A stretch of DNA of 62,656 bases, counting the filler, from Basidioascus undulatus (lineage: Eukaryota): NCBI GenBank assembly GCA_000826855.1. It is 19 parts of 19 records of this genome, joined end to end, with 100 filler letters (N's around TTAATTAATTAA, not from the genome) between each part and the next. Parts side by side here need not be neighbours in the genome. Positions count along the whole stretch, not along the records: positions 6,704 to 29,332 come from JTLS01000292.1; positions 29,433 to 31,561 come from JTLS01002919.1; positions 31,662 to 33,790 come from JTLS01002920.1; positions 33,891 to 36,018 come from JTLS01002921.1; 15 more parts are not named here. One strand, given 5' to 3'. The position numbers were made by a program, and so were the translations under genes. Shown here one piece after another: positions 22,433 through 35,324 of this stretch; position 1 is the stretch's first letter, and each line of letters starts with the position of its first letter. Below the pieces are notes generated by a model. That model worked only from the letters and a program-made list of their open reading frames with translations, ran no database searches and had not been told where the DNA came from.

Positions 22433-25128
22433 ATGCCGCGGAGGGAGAAGATCTTGAACCGGGGCGGAGCATGCCAGGAATGCCGCCTGCGAAAGCTGGT
22501 ACGTCAACGCCGCTGTTCGTCCGGGTTTTCTCTACCCACTTATTATCTCGTTCTCGCCTTCTCGAGCGATGCGACGCGGTACCCCCAACCTGCAACAACT
22601 GCTTTGCAGGCAATAGGCCGTGCTCGTACGTCAATCAGGGATCCAAGGTCTCGCAGTTGGAAGATCGTGTCGGTGAGTTGAGTGTCGCATTTCGCCATCG
22701 GAGCTGTCATTCTCGCTTTATTGCAGACCTGATGTGAGGGGGCGGGGGTCGAGCAGCTGAGCTCGAGAGGGCTTTAGCGGAAACCACTCTGGGACAATCT
22801 TTTGGGGCCGTAGGGACATCCGGAAGCCGGAATCGTCCGCCTCCTTCCGGTACGTGCTTAAAAGCTCTGTCGAGGTTGAAGGCAGCTCAGATTGGTCCAT
22901 ATTTGCAGGTATCACGGCTCTTCCTCTCGACATCCACTTGAACGGGATAAACGGTCTGCAGGTCACAGGTATAGTTTTTTCCTCGAGCTCGCCTCACTTT
23001 TCGGTGGATCTGAGACGGCAAAACGGCATGATTCCAATGACCACCGTAGGCGTCGCAGTGCCGTCTTTCAGCCATGGCCCTCCCCCCTTCGCAACCCCGG
23101 CAACAGCGTCGAGCCATCTCGGACCATTTTCAGCTCAGCCCTTAATTCAAAGTCTTACGAAATCAATGCCGACGACGATGTTCCCCAAAACATGTGCAAA
23201 CATCTGTACGCCAGTGGCTTGTGCAAGGATACCCCGAGCTAACACTGCACAGGGACACGCGTTCCCGTAGGCTCGACATATTCTTCGGACGCCTTCAAGG
23301 GTCGAGAATGCTTCATCCTCCGACCATGTAAGCCTCTCTCGATCTTCCGCGCGAAGTCACCCCCACCGACCGCATCCATGCCTTCTCTTCGCGATCTACG
23401 CCATGGCCGCTCGGCTCAGCCCCGATCCGCTCACCCTTGCTCTCGAGGACGTCTTCCTTTCACGCAGCATGGATCATCTTGGGAAGGCGATCGATCGCGA
23501 CGAGAAGATCCTCAATGTTCTACAGACTTTGCACCTCCTGTCGGTGAGTCGATGATGTCGCATTCGAGCACAACGGCGCGCGTTAACGCTGTCCTGCTCG
23601 CAGCTTGGCTCTTACGCACGCATTGGGATATCGACGGCTCTCGCCTACAACGGGGCAGGTGCGCTCCATCAAATGCGCCCCTCCACTGACTTTTCCCGCT
23701 AATAACAAAACACGTGGACTCTCACCCAGGAATCCGTCTCGCTCTTCATCTTGGGTCAGTGGCAGCAACAAAGACTTTCGTCCGTTTGCCTCACCCGATT
23801 TCTACCATTCAGAATACACCGATATAGCATGCCAACATTGTTAGCTGCTGCCGCTCGCGATACCACACCGCCGGCGCTTTCGAGATTCGCCTGTCCGACG
23901 CAAACCTCAAACAAATCCGCCCTCCAATTCTCAGGAGCAGGCGCTTGGTACGTTGTGCTATCTTGTTCAAGCCTTCTTCTTTTCTCACGGACACAGAAAC
24001 GGTGTTGTTAGCGCTTGCTTGCTTTTGGGCGCTGTTCTCCGCCGAGAACAGCTGGGCAGTCCTGTACGGGATTCGGCCGATGCTGCGCACGCACGAGATC
24101 TCAAGCTAGTTCTGGGTACCTGGGATGGAAGTGCGTAGATATTTTCTGAAATTATTAACATTTCAATGTGTAACTAAATGTACTTTCGGATTGTCATCCT
24201 ACAGGCAGACTTCGGACCTGGCGACCTTCGCCTCTCGCAGTCGTTCCAGGATGCGGACGCCTTCACACGTCACCCCGACCTCTACCAGTCTTCGCTCGCG
24301 CTCTTCCTGAAAGCGGTGGCTCTTGCTGCGCAAGTGATGCACATAAACGACCCCGGGCGCGCGCCTGACGACTCGTCAGAGAGCGCGATCGCCGCGCATC
24401 TCGCGGGGGTCCGGGTCAGCGCCGAGTTCGCAGAGCTAGACCAGCTCATCCGGTCGTTCCACAAGAGCTTGCCCGCGAAACTTACCGCCCAGCCTTGCCC
24501 GGACAAACAAAAGTGGCCGTTCGAGGAGTCGAGGCGTGTCTCGGTGATGTGTTGGACGTTAATGCGCGTTGCTTCACCTTTCTTCCCCGACTGCCCCTCG
24601 CATGCGGTCGCTGATTGACATGGACACTTCCTCACAGATTGCCAACCATACTACATGACCCTCACGATGCCTCCCGACCCGAATCAGCGCAGGCTGCGCA
24701 AAGCGCCGCCGACGAGCTGGTCCGGTTCGTCTCGCGGCTCGCCTGGCCCGATTTCCACCTTGATCGCGTCCACCACTCCATCGCGTGCGTCAGGGTCACC
24801 GAGTGTACACTTGTAGACACTGATATGACGTTATTCGGGAGGTAAATAGCTACTCCTGGAGCAGGACATGCCGGTACCTCCTCGCTCGCCTCCGCGAAGC
24901 TCGTGCGAGGGGCCAGCAGCGCGCCGCCGAGCCGATACGGAGGGACATCAACATGCTCGTCTACCTCTTTTACCAATTTGCGGAATCTTGACCGGCCGGA
25001 TGTCGGTATATTCCTAAAAACCTCGCGCAGCTGCGTACTATCTGACAAGAAGCGTCTGTCTAACTGCAGTCTACGAGGCGCAGGCGCTGGAGGAAGGGAT
25101 CGACGCAGCCCGGTCCGGCGGCGTGTAG
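22433..25128 (+). CDS. Zn(II)2Cys6 fungal transcription factor
   Basis: MPRREKILNRGGACQECRLRKL/RCDAVPPTCNNCFAGNRPCSY (C-x2-C-x6-C-x6-C-x2-C-x6-C across an intron), then a coiled coil and a multi-exon middle region (ERSALQFSGAG.., SSLALFLKAVAL). Inferred end GIDAARSGGV-TAG. Confidence 0.85.
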
Positions 25129-27396
25129 CGGACGAGGCACACATCGTTCTGCATAGGCTGATCTTCCTGGTTAGCGTGGCTTCTGAAGTGTTGAGGGTTA
25201 TTGTTCTGTGAAGCTGTCTTTCCGTCGTGATTCCCTGGTATGGCCATGTGGTCGATCCCGTCCTTCTGGCCATGATCGATGATTATGGTCATCGGTCATT
25301 GATTAATACACTTATAAAATTCTCGTTCTAATTTTGTAAGTCTTCTGGGATACGATATTGCCCATGAAGTCGTGTCCTTTTGCTTGCGAACGCGGCTGCG
25401 CGACATGAACGGAACTCGTATGTGAAGCACGACCCCTCCCTAGAAAATATCCCGGTAGTATACCTCAGTGTAATGGAAGTTTACCAGTACCCACCAGCGT
25501 ACAGAAGATCAGCTCGAGCCGCAAACTTTGCACCTCAGCGACGCGATCGCGGCGTCGGCCTTGAACCGCCCACTCCGACAGACGGCGACCTGACCTTCCC
25601 CTTTTTTGGAATAACATTTCCTGTAGGGCTCAAATGCAGCTGGCGACAGCAAGTAAATAAATACCCAACAGTGAGAGCCACTACACCAGCGCCCTGCCCT
25701 GCTGGGTCGGGTATGTTAGACCGGCTGTACAATGGGACGACACAGGCATTCGCCCCACTTCATGACGCTGGAGGCAAGACCAAAAATGGAGAAAGCTGTT
25801 AGTAAGAAATTCAGATTGCCGAGGTCACTTTATGTAAGGGAGGCGGCTTTTCTGTTTATCAGGAAAATCGCACCTGCCTTGTCAGGCTGACAATGATCTG
25901 CAATCGCCTAGAAATTGACTGTTTGGCTGGAAACCTCCTGGCTATGTGCTGCTTTGATGACTACGGAAAAGGGTGACAGAGCCTGAGAATGCCTGGCAAC
26001 GGCAATGTCAGTCTGATATTGCCTGCAATCCTCTTTCAAAAGTTTTCGGCGGCACGCCCATAATCCGGCTCGCTAGCAACACCTTTCCATGGCTTCTTAT
26101 TTATGTAAAATTTTCACTTTATTCTATACATTGATGTGATGAGCAGAAGGGGAGTAAAGAGTAAAGTCCACAGCGTGGCGGGAAACCCTACCCCTACATG
26201 GTGATGATGACGTTCAAGTCGCCATGGTGGTCTTGTCGGTCTTGTCCTCCCACAGTCACCATCAATCTCTTCATTTGTCTCATTTCTACCCTTCCCTCAC
26301 AGTTCAACACTTATTACGTACCCTGAACCGCAGGTGACAGTGCTGTTGTGATTTGACCGCGCGTTCGTGGCGGTGCAGCCCTCACTCAGATCGTCTTGCC
26401 ACACTGTTCCCAATATGATAGTGAGTCATTTCCCCCTCTCTGCATCAAAACTCCCTCAGCTCCTTATTTCCCGCTACATAAACCTCGTGCTGACAAGCCG
26501 TTGATTCGGCCAACAGCAGGTTGCATCTGCTGTGCGCTCCTTTCATCTCCAGAGGCTTTGGTTTTGCGTCACTTATAAACATTTAATGTCGAGCCTCGAA
26601 TTAGCGGCGCTAGAGGAGGATTGGGCTGGTCATTCAGGGAGGCTGATTTGTGTGCAGCTAGTCTTGAAATATGCAGAATTTCCCACCTTCCCGTGCATAC
26701 TAGAAGACTGTCTCCTTTTGGTTGAAGCGTATATTGCAAAGCTTCAAAACTCTGGGGTTTTTTTTTTTTGGTTTCTAGCCACTGAAGGCGCTTGGCAAGG
26801 GCTTGCCAGGCATTATAAGGCGCTTCATTAACAGTCTGACGAGCGTGTCAGTCAGTCTGTGAGTCTGACAATAACGGTTGGTCCTGTTGTAAGGCAATCC
26901 CAGGCACTCGGAACCTGACAACCCTGACTGTTCTAACAATGCCTGGCATTGCCTGGCCGTGGTGCATTCGATTCTCCCAATGTTGTAACTTGACTTTGCT
27001 TCGTGAGCGCGCACTGCAACTTCGCGACTGCTTTCATTCCTTATCTGCAGGTGGACACCGTAACATTGTGCCATTTCTTCTTCACTTAAAATTGAAGATG
27101 CAGCATCACGACCTCAACAGCCCGGATCTTGCGGAGCGCTGGTCGCCCACGCTCTGCCGCACAGCGCGGACACCTGTGGACCCTGCACTGTGCAGTGGAC
27201 CCGCTTAGAAGTTCTTTCGTTCGAGCGAGATGGAATGTCGAGGAGTGGGTGAGAAGGACAAGGGGCTGGTGCGAATGTGAATGCACCTTTGACACAACGC
27301 ATCACTCACTCACCGCATTCAAAGATTGGGATAGAGGATGGGGAGGTGGGGTGTACCCGCTCGTGACAGAACTTCAACACTTGGATCACGTTTGTG

Positions 27397-28005
27397 TAAG
27401 GAGTACAATGAACCGTGTTGAAACTGTTGACGCGTTCATTGTGAGCGTTCACGCCGGTCTGACCCTGTTTAAAGCTGTTTACAGTTCACAGAGCGATGTT
27501 CATGAACATGACTATGTGTTCACGGTGAACATACGGACAGTTTATGAACAAGGCCTCAGCATTCCCAACTACAATATCTCCAAGGGATGACACCAGAATA
27601 AAAGAATTCTCTCTCGGATGGGTTCTGTTTGCTCAGATTGAAGTTTGGAATACCGCACGACCCACAGCTAATGATCTGGAGGCCCTCCAGCCATGCGGGC
27701 GACCAGTTAGGAATACTCGATCCCCTCATCCCCTCAGCGCGTTCAACAGCGGCCATTCAGCCCCCCTAATGTGAAATTTCGGCACATGGAAATTCCACCA
27801 CTGTATTGTGCTGCATGGGGACCAAATGAGCGGCTGTTTTCCAAAGCTAAGGGGCTATACGGAGATCCGGAACAGCTCATGAACAGATGCAGTTTCACCA
27901 GCCTGTTAATACATGTCACTGTTCACGGGCGTCTGTTCGTGAACAGTTCAAGGCGGTGTTCATACCGTGAGCAGTTCAAACAGAGGCTGTTCATTGCACT
28001 CCCTA
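27397..28005. mobile_element. Non-autonomous hAT-like element (MITE), 609 bp
   Basis: 17-bp TIRs TAAGGAGTACAATGAAC (27397) and GTTCATTGCACTCCCTA (ending 28005) match at 15/17. Candidate 8-bp TSD CGTTTGTG / CGCTCGTG. Many subterminal TGAAC/GTTCA motifs at both ends. Confidence 0.72.
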
Positions 28006-31000
28006 CGCTCGTGACATACCCGGCAGAACCTCAGCTCCATCATCACCGCCGCATGCACCACTATTCCGATCGCTTTTTCTTCCCATGCTGTTTGAGAAAC
28101 ATCGAAACACAGTCCACAAGAACCGACAAGAACGCTCAACGCACAGCGCGCGATGATGTCAGCGAAGCGTACAGTTGGCGTAATTGGTTGCACAATGATG
28201 TATGTTGTGGAAACGTGTTGGTGCTGTGCTCGTAGACTCAGACTAGGGTATCGCCGGGGAAGAGAGGATGATGATCTGCGAACTCGCGCGAGGATCGACG
28301 GTCGCCAGGGAGTCGGTCTTCCTCGAGGCCGCCCTCTGCTGACTTTGCCTGCCGGCATTGAGCCCATATCACCGCTTGGCCTGCTCATTTCCGCCATCAA
28401 GAAGCTCTTCACAGTCTTGCGCGCATGCGGGGGCGGGCGGAAGGAAGGGATGAGCAGCCTGTCCACAGTCTCACTGATACACACCACACCGCGCTCCCCA
28501 CGGTCCGCAGTAACCCGTTGCGAGGCAGCATGCACGGCGACCTTGGCCAATACTGGGAGGATCGACCTTGCCCATCGACTACGACCAGCTCGCCATCCGG
28601 AATGGTGACGATCATGTCTGCGGGCGAAGGCTCAGGCTATCCTCTCTATGCGTCGATGCTGCTCGACAGGCCGACGAGCGTTACGGGCAGGAACAACAGC
28701 TGCAGACGCTTTCTGTGAGTCCCGCCTTGTCCTCTTGTCCTCTGCCTTTCTTGCTCTTGCTTTGGCCGCCTGCCTTCTACTGCGCTGGGTATGCTGGGTA
28801 TAGGCGCATTATGCTGGGAATGGGAGACGTCCAAACGCCGCGGGCATCACTCCGCTGCTAGTGGACTCCGAGGCAGTCGCGGGTAGCGGCGTCGGATGCT
28901 CCTTGCCTTTTTGCCTTCGCGCCTTGTTCCCCGCGTCCGCAGTGGGCTGTAGGCCTTCGGTGCCTTGATTTCATGGGCTGAACACTCGATCAGACTCACC
29001 TGCTGCAGCTATTGTGGTGGTGTGATGTCCCCGCGGGCGCAAACGGTGGATTGTCGATCGGCACCTGAGCCCCTCCTTACGCACCGCCCCGTCTCCGCCT
29101 TCCCGCTCGCTCACGCACCCGCCCGCATCCTCATACCGAGCCGAGCCAAGCGATACTTATCCTCCCCGCGCCCGCAGCCATTCCAGCTGCAGCAGCCGCC
29201 CATCGCCCTCGCCCGCGTCCGCCTCCGCTCGCGCACGCGCAGCTGGCCGTTCTCGTTCCCGTTCCCCCTCGCCTGCCCCTGCGCCCCAGCCCTCTGCCCC
29301 AGCCCCCGCAGCGGGAGAGGACGTCCATAAGGNNNNNNNNNNNNNNNNNNNNNNNNNNNNNNNNNNNNNNNNNNNNTTAATTAATTAANNNNNNNNNNNN
29401 NNNNNNNNNNNNNNNNNNNNNNNNNNNNNNNNGATAGAGCATTTGCTGGTTGCAAACAAACATCCTACCCACTCGACTGTTGCCTTCGTGCACTTTCGGA
29501 CTTTTTTGCGGCCTTCGGGCCATTGGCCTATTCACACACTATAACCCTAACCCTAATGTTGAGCAGTTTACGATTTTAATATACTTTTAAGTGTTCGAAA
29601 AGGATCATTAGCAAGCGACAGACAGCCTGTGTGGAAACCAAGCGCAGCGAGTCGGCGGAGTGCGTGCAAGCCAGGTGAAGCTCGCTGGCAGCCTCATTTT
29701 AATATAAAGTATACCTCCGTTAGCCTCATAATATTGCCTCTTCAATTCGAGAACCTGTACTCACGTTTCCTCGCTTGACAAATTGAAGCCGCAGACATGG
29801 ATTGAATCTCTGCGACGACACACGGTACACGGGATGCTCAGCCAAGTCCCCTTGCAAACCACCGCTTCGTGGTCCTGCAATCATCTTGACAAAGGTACTT
29901 GGCGAAAAATATTGGGGAAAAGGTTTTATCAAAAGATTGTCGGAAGTGCCCAAGGCGAGTACGACTTCGAACTGACCTGCATTAAGCGCAAGGCAAATTC
30001 AGGCAAACACCGCGAAGTACGCCTCTGGCTTGGGTCTTTTCTCCCTTTGCCGATTACAAGAGATGGAACTGATGGAATGGTCAATCCTAATTTATACATC
30101 AACAGCAACGAGTCGTCGAGAACAAGGAGTTATTAGTCGACAAGGCGATATGCACGGTGACCCACTTTGCCGTAAAGGGCTTTCTGCCGCCTCTTGAATG
30201 ACGGCTTCCAACAATAGGGAACATAAAAATATTAATGAGGGATGCTTCTCCAGAGATTCCTCTTGTTATAGCCCAAATGGGGATGCGTTAAAATGATTCC
30301 GGCGGGATTTGTTGCTTCGGCGGGTACTGAGGGCCGTATGCACGCCAATCGCAGCGCATTATTACATTCTGATGGGACACTTCGACACGGTTCCATCTGC
30401 TCCAAAGGAATTTTGTAAGTGCACAATCTCCTGGTGAACAACAGCTGCAGAACGGTAGAGTGTCTAAAGCACGGCACGTTTCAGAGCTGGATCTAATGAA
30501 AGCATGGGGAGGGAGAACAGTAGAACATCGTCGACCCTGAAGTGACATAACTTTTGCCTTATCGACTACGACACCAATTGTGTTCACCTAGTATGTATTT
30601 CATGTTGAGCGCTGCACCGACAAATGCTGCTCGCCACAGCTGTTACCTACCGAAGCTTTGGGATCCCCTCCAAAGATGACCGCCTTTTCGAGATGCTCAA
30701 AACAAAGGATGCATGATGGTGTGCTTTTCTTCAGTATTTCTCTCTAATACATATTCCGGGTCTTCTCTTGCCTTCCAGTATCCCTCTGAGATAAGGGGTA
30801 GCCAGTGTAACGTGTAACGGACGACCGACGGTGTCCGAGCTGCTCAAGCGGCCAGGTGTTGTGAAGTATCCGAATCTGTTATTTCGAGGCCCGTACTTAC
30901 AGGGCGCAAACGGCAAACACGGGATGTTTGCAAGCCTGCCGCCATGCAAGTATTGTTGCGTTTCATGGGGCTGCTCTTCACCACAATTCGTCTTGTCCAA

Positions 31001-31661
31001 GAGCGGTGTACCTGCACATTCCGTAGAAAGGGGCTCAAAGAGCAACTGATAGGTTATCCTCGAGGCGGTTATGTCAAAAAACTAAGCAAACTCATCTTCG
31101 AGTTTCAGAAGATTTTCATGGCCAGAAGCTCCCGTGCAGCTGACGCAGACGTCCCAGCTCACGGCAGCTTCCAGTCCTCCCAAATCCTCCACTCCTCGTA
31201 CACTCGATTCCAAACGCATTTCACTGTATTATTCAGTCTGCGGTGCGCATCGCCCTTCACCCGCCCAGGCCCAAGACGAATACTATTGTCCGGGCCTTCT
31301 GTTGACAAACCGCACGGATTCGAACGGCCGGGCAATTTCAAGTAATTTCGGCAGCCCCTTGGCCTCGAATCTCGCAGACAACCTCCACCTCGTCCAGTCG
31401 CGCCTCGGCCGCTTGGGATTTTTGAGGTGGCCCTGGGGGCCCGCCGCCATGTGCACGAAGGAGCGCAGTTGCCTCCGCGTCACCATCGCTGGCGTGCGCT
31501 GCTCACTCAGCAAGGCCTCGCTGGACGTCTTCTCCCGCCCGCCCCCCCGCCTCGCTATATANNNNNNNNNNNNNNNNNNNNNNNNNNNNNNNNNNNNNNN
31601 NNNNNTTAATTAATTAANNNNNNNNNNNNNNNNNNNNNNNNNNNNNNNNNNNNNNNNNNNN

Positions 31662-32614
31662 TCCGCAGCGAATCCCTCCGCCCCGCCCGACGCGTACTCG
31701 CAAGGCGCGCTCCGCCCGCTCTCCGAAGCCGAGCGCCACGTCATCAGCGGTGCGTCGGCCGCGGGGCAGGGTGTCAACCCCTTCCAGCCTCCCGGCGACG
31801 CGGCCGCGGCCGCCGCGAACGCCGCCAATGGCCTCTTCCTCCTCAGCCAAGCGCACCAGGAGCTCGCGAAGCGCGAGGGCACGCAGGAGCCCTCACCCTC
31901 CGCGTCCTCGTCCGCGCCCGCCTCCTCCGCGAAGGGCAAGGCTGGCGGCGGCGGCGGCGGCAGCAAGCGCAAGAAGGCGGATGCGCCCGAGCCGAAGAAG
32001 AAGGCGCGCACGACGGCGGGCAAGGGCGGTAAGAAGGCCGCCGCCAACAAGAAGGACGAGGAGCCCGAGAGCTCCAACGACGGCGGGGGCGACGACGACG
32101 ATGCGACGAGCCCCACGTCCGCCACCAGTCCCGATTCGAACAAGAAGGGCAAGAAGGCTGCTCCCGCCGCCGCAAGTGCGTCCTTCTCACTTATTCCCCC
32201 TTGCCTGCTACTTCTTTCTTTACCAACGCTGACTTGCTTTTCCTTCTGGGCGCGACAGACGCCGACGAGACCGAAGAAGAAAAACGGCGCAACTTCCTCG
32301 AGCGGAACCGGCAAGCGGCGCTCAAGTGCCGGCAGCGCAAAAAGGCGTGGCTCCAGCAGCTGCAGCAAAAAGTCGAGTTCCTCACGACGGACAACGAGGC
32401 GCTCCAGCAGACCGTCCTTGCCCTCCGGGAGGAGGTCGGCGTCCTCCGCGGCGTCCTCGCACAACATTCCGGATGCGCCGTCGGCGCCCCTGGTGCCCCG
32501 CCCCCCGGCTACGCCCCGCCCATGCCCCCGCAGGGCATGCCCGGCGCGCCTCCCCCGCCACAGGGCATGCCTGGACAGCCGCCCCAGGCTATCCCCGGCA
32601 GGCCGTTCTACTAG
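31662..32614 (+). CDS. atf1: ATF/CREB bZIP transcription factor (Atf1-like), 3' part
   Basis: AANGLFLLSQAHQELAKRE, then after one intron EEEKRRNFLERNRQAALKCRQRKKAWLQQLQQKVEFL, a leucine zipper and a TAG stop. Confidence 0.88.
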
Positions 32615-33285
32615 ACTTCTTCCACCGCCGCCGCTGTCCCGCTCTATCTCCTCATGCTTCTTTCCTTCTTCTCACGCTCGCAGCTTGGACCGGCCGTTCG
32701 ATTCCCATTCCCATTCCCACTTCGCTTTGCTCGTTCCCGCCCACCTATATATGTCGCGTGCGCCGATGAGGCTCCCCCACCCAGCTCTAGTCTCAGTCTA
32801 GCCACGTCCGACCCCCGCATCTCGCCCCATTTACCTCACGTATTTCCGTTATTCTTTTCTCTTTTCTCTCTCTCACTCTCGTCCTCTGTCCCGCTCGTCT
32901 CGACTGCTTGTACTCGACTCGCCGTAGCGGCCTGTGTAGCTTTATACGATAGTTGTGTCTCTACTGTTCCTTCGTGTGTCGCTGTGCGCTGTGCGTGTGT
33001 GTACAAGTCGGCCGTCAATGCCACAGAGCTGCGAACGTCCGAGATCTCGGACAGCCAAGACACACTGGTCAACATTCGAATCAAGGCGACGTGAAATGTG
33101 GCTGTATCAAGACGACATGAACAGACGATGACATGCTATAGTATCGAAGAGAAATGAGGCGAAACACTTGTGCGGATGAGGTTTGTCAAAATGAATCTCG
33201 GGTGGAAGCGATGCAGAAAAAGCAAGTGAGTGTGCGACCAAGCTATCCCTGTACCTATCCCAAGCGACTCTCCCCCTCGTCCTAA

Positions 33286-33790
33286 TCACCCATCCAGCTC
33301 TGCCCACGCATCCGCCCTTCCCTCGTCATCCACCACGCGGCGGAAATAGTCCCTCGCCGTGTCCCTCAGCTCCGGCGGGGTCCGAGGAGGGGGCGCGGGG
33401 ACTGTCGGCGTAGGCGTGGGTGCGGGGACGGGAGCTTCCTCCGCCTTCTCCTGCGCGGCCGCCCCATTCCTTTCCCTCTCCGCCGCCTCCTCCTTCTCCC
33501 TCTCCCACCGCTCCCGCTCCTCCCTCGCACGGCGCTCCCACTCCCTCAGTGCGCCCTCCCTCCACCTGAGCGCCCGTCCGCGGCGGCGCTCGACCTCAGG
33601 CAACAGGAGCGCGACAATCAGCAGCAGGGGCAGCCCGACCTTCTGCCAGAGCCAGCTCTGACGCGGCGGCGGGCCAGCGGAACGCGGCAGCGGCGCGGGC
33701 GGGAAGGGCGGGAGCGGCGCGGAGGAGGGTACGGGTGGCGGGAGACCGAGGAGGGCCGCTTCGTGGGACAGGTTCAGGTGCGCGAGAAAG
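33286..33790 (-). CDS. 3' end of an unidentified gene (hydrophobic segment followed by a charged helix)
   Basis: Open GC3-rich frame from the contig edge: WLWQKVGLPLLLIVALLLPEVERRR...AWAELDG-TGA. Confidence 0.55.
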
Positions 33791-33890
33791 NNNNNNNNNN
33801 NNNNNNNNNNNNNNNNNNNNNNNNNNNNNNNNNNTTAATTAATTAANNNNNNNNNNNNNNNNNNNNNNNNNNNNNNNNNNNNNNNNNNNN

Positions 33891-35324
33891 GGCGGAGAAG
33901 TGTGTGGGTGGCGGGAGAGAGCGGGAGGGAGGGGAGGAGCGCGAGTACGAATGTCAGGGAAGGCGAGGGGACGGTAGGTCGCAAGGCAGAGAGGAGCGAG
34001 ATGGAGAGCAGGGGGGCGAGAGCGAATTTGTAGGTTGTTAGGAGGAGAGTCGGGCCGAGGGTGGAGGAGGTGGAGGAGGAGGTGTGCGGGGACAGAGCGC
34101 CGAGGGAGAAGAGGGAGAGGGCGGCGTAGGACTGCGCAAGCGCGCGGATTGCGGAGCCGAGGGTGAGGGAGAGGAAGTGCGTGGGGCGGAACAAGGCAGA
34201 GTGCAGCGGGGGGAGGAGGGCGAGGAGTGCGGCGAGGGAGGAGAGGAGGAGGGGGTGCAGCAGGATGCGCCGGGGGCGCAGGGGGGAAGGGGTGATGGTG
34301 GTAGGGAGAGACTGAGGCGCAGAAGGGGTTTGGGACGCGAGGAGAGGCGTCCGCTCGGAAGAGGAGGTGCTCGGGCCGGGCTGGTCCGCCGGCGGAAGGG
34401 TGAGCGACGCCTGCTTCGGGTCGGACGGCTCCTCAGACGCGGAGGTGAGCTTGTCGATGAGCGGGTAGGAGGCAGCGCTGCAGATCGCACCTTCTTCAGC
34501 ACTAAGAACTACACGTTGAGAGGGGAAAGCACGCACTTGTAAAGCTCAGAGAAAAGCGTCCACACCAGCGCGGCCCCCGCAGCTTTGTGCGCTACCTCCT
34601 GCGCGTACTCCGCCCGGCCGGGCGGGGTGAGGTGCGTGAGCGGACCGTTGGGGGGCTGGGCGAGGAAGGGGAGGAGGAGGAGGGGATAGGATGCGGCGCT
34701 GTGGGTCCCAAATGGTTCAGCTGCGGGTAGGGGAAACGAAATGAAGGGATAAATAGGGGAAAAGGACGGACTTGGACGATGGAAGAGTCTCGACTATCCA
34801 CGCAGGGAGGCTGAAGAGCTTGTGCGAGGCGTATGCGAGGGCGAGGGGCAGGAGGTGGAAGAGCGCTGCGAAGAGGGGGATGGGCCAATCTGTCTCCCAC
34901 CACGCATCAGAGCCCGGCTTTGATAAGGAAAGGGGGAGAATGGATGGGAGAGGGCAGACGTACAGGATACGAGCGTCTGCAGAGACAGCTGCGAGCCGAG
35001 CACGGCGATGAGCGTCAGGGGGAGGAACAGCTTGCGGGAGAGCTTGTCGAGGGCCTGGGTTTCCGCCATCGACCAGATATCAACAAGCTACTCAGTAAGC
35101 CTCTCTCATGTAACTTTGGGGAAGAGACTCACGGCAGCATGCTCATGCGTGATCAGTCCCAGCGACGTCGACAGATGCCCGAAGAGGTACACGAGGGAGA
35201 CGGCGATGATCGACTGTTGGGTTGGAGTGAGTGGGGGTGGGAGGAGGTTGGGGAAGGATGGGAATGGACAGACCTCCGCGGACGACCAGGCTGCTTGGAG
35301 GTAGTATGTCGTTTCTTTCTCCAT
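33891..35324 (-). CDS. Auxin-efflux-carrier / Mem_trans-like membrane protein, 3'-truncated
   Basis: QSIIAVSLVYLFG..LGLI, QALDKLSRKLFLPLTLIAVLGSQLSLQTL, a cytosolic loop with ERTPLL, then HPLLLSSLAALLALLPPLHSALF and further TM segments. The sequence is divergent. Confidence 0.6.

Noticed and set aside
25620..26990. Second TIR element suggested by recurring CTGACA and AATGCCTGGCA motifs
   Set aside because: No matching termini or TSD could be defined.
29542..29556. Telomeric repeat TAACCCTAACCCTAA
   Set aside because: Only 2.5 units and internal to the contig, which is too short to call a telomere.
29433..31561. Possible retroelement remnants (e.g. CGEEQPHETQQYLH on the minus strand)
   Set aside because: No convincing domain motif could be assembled, so the region is left uncalled.
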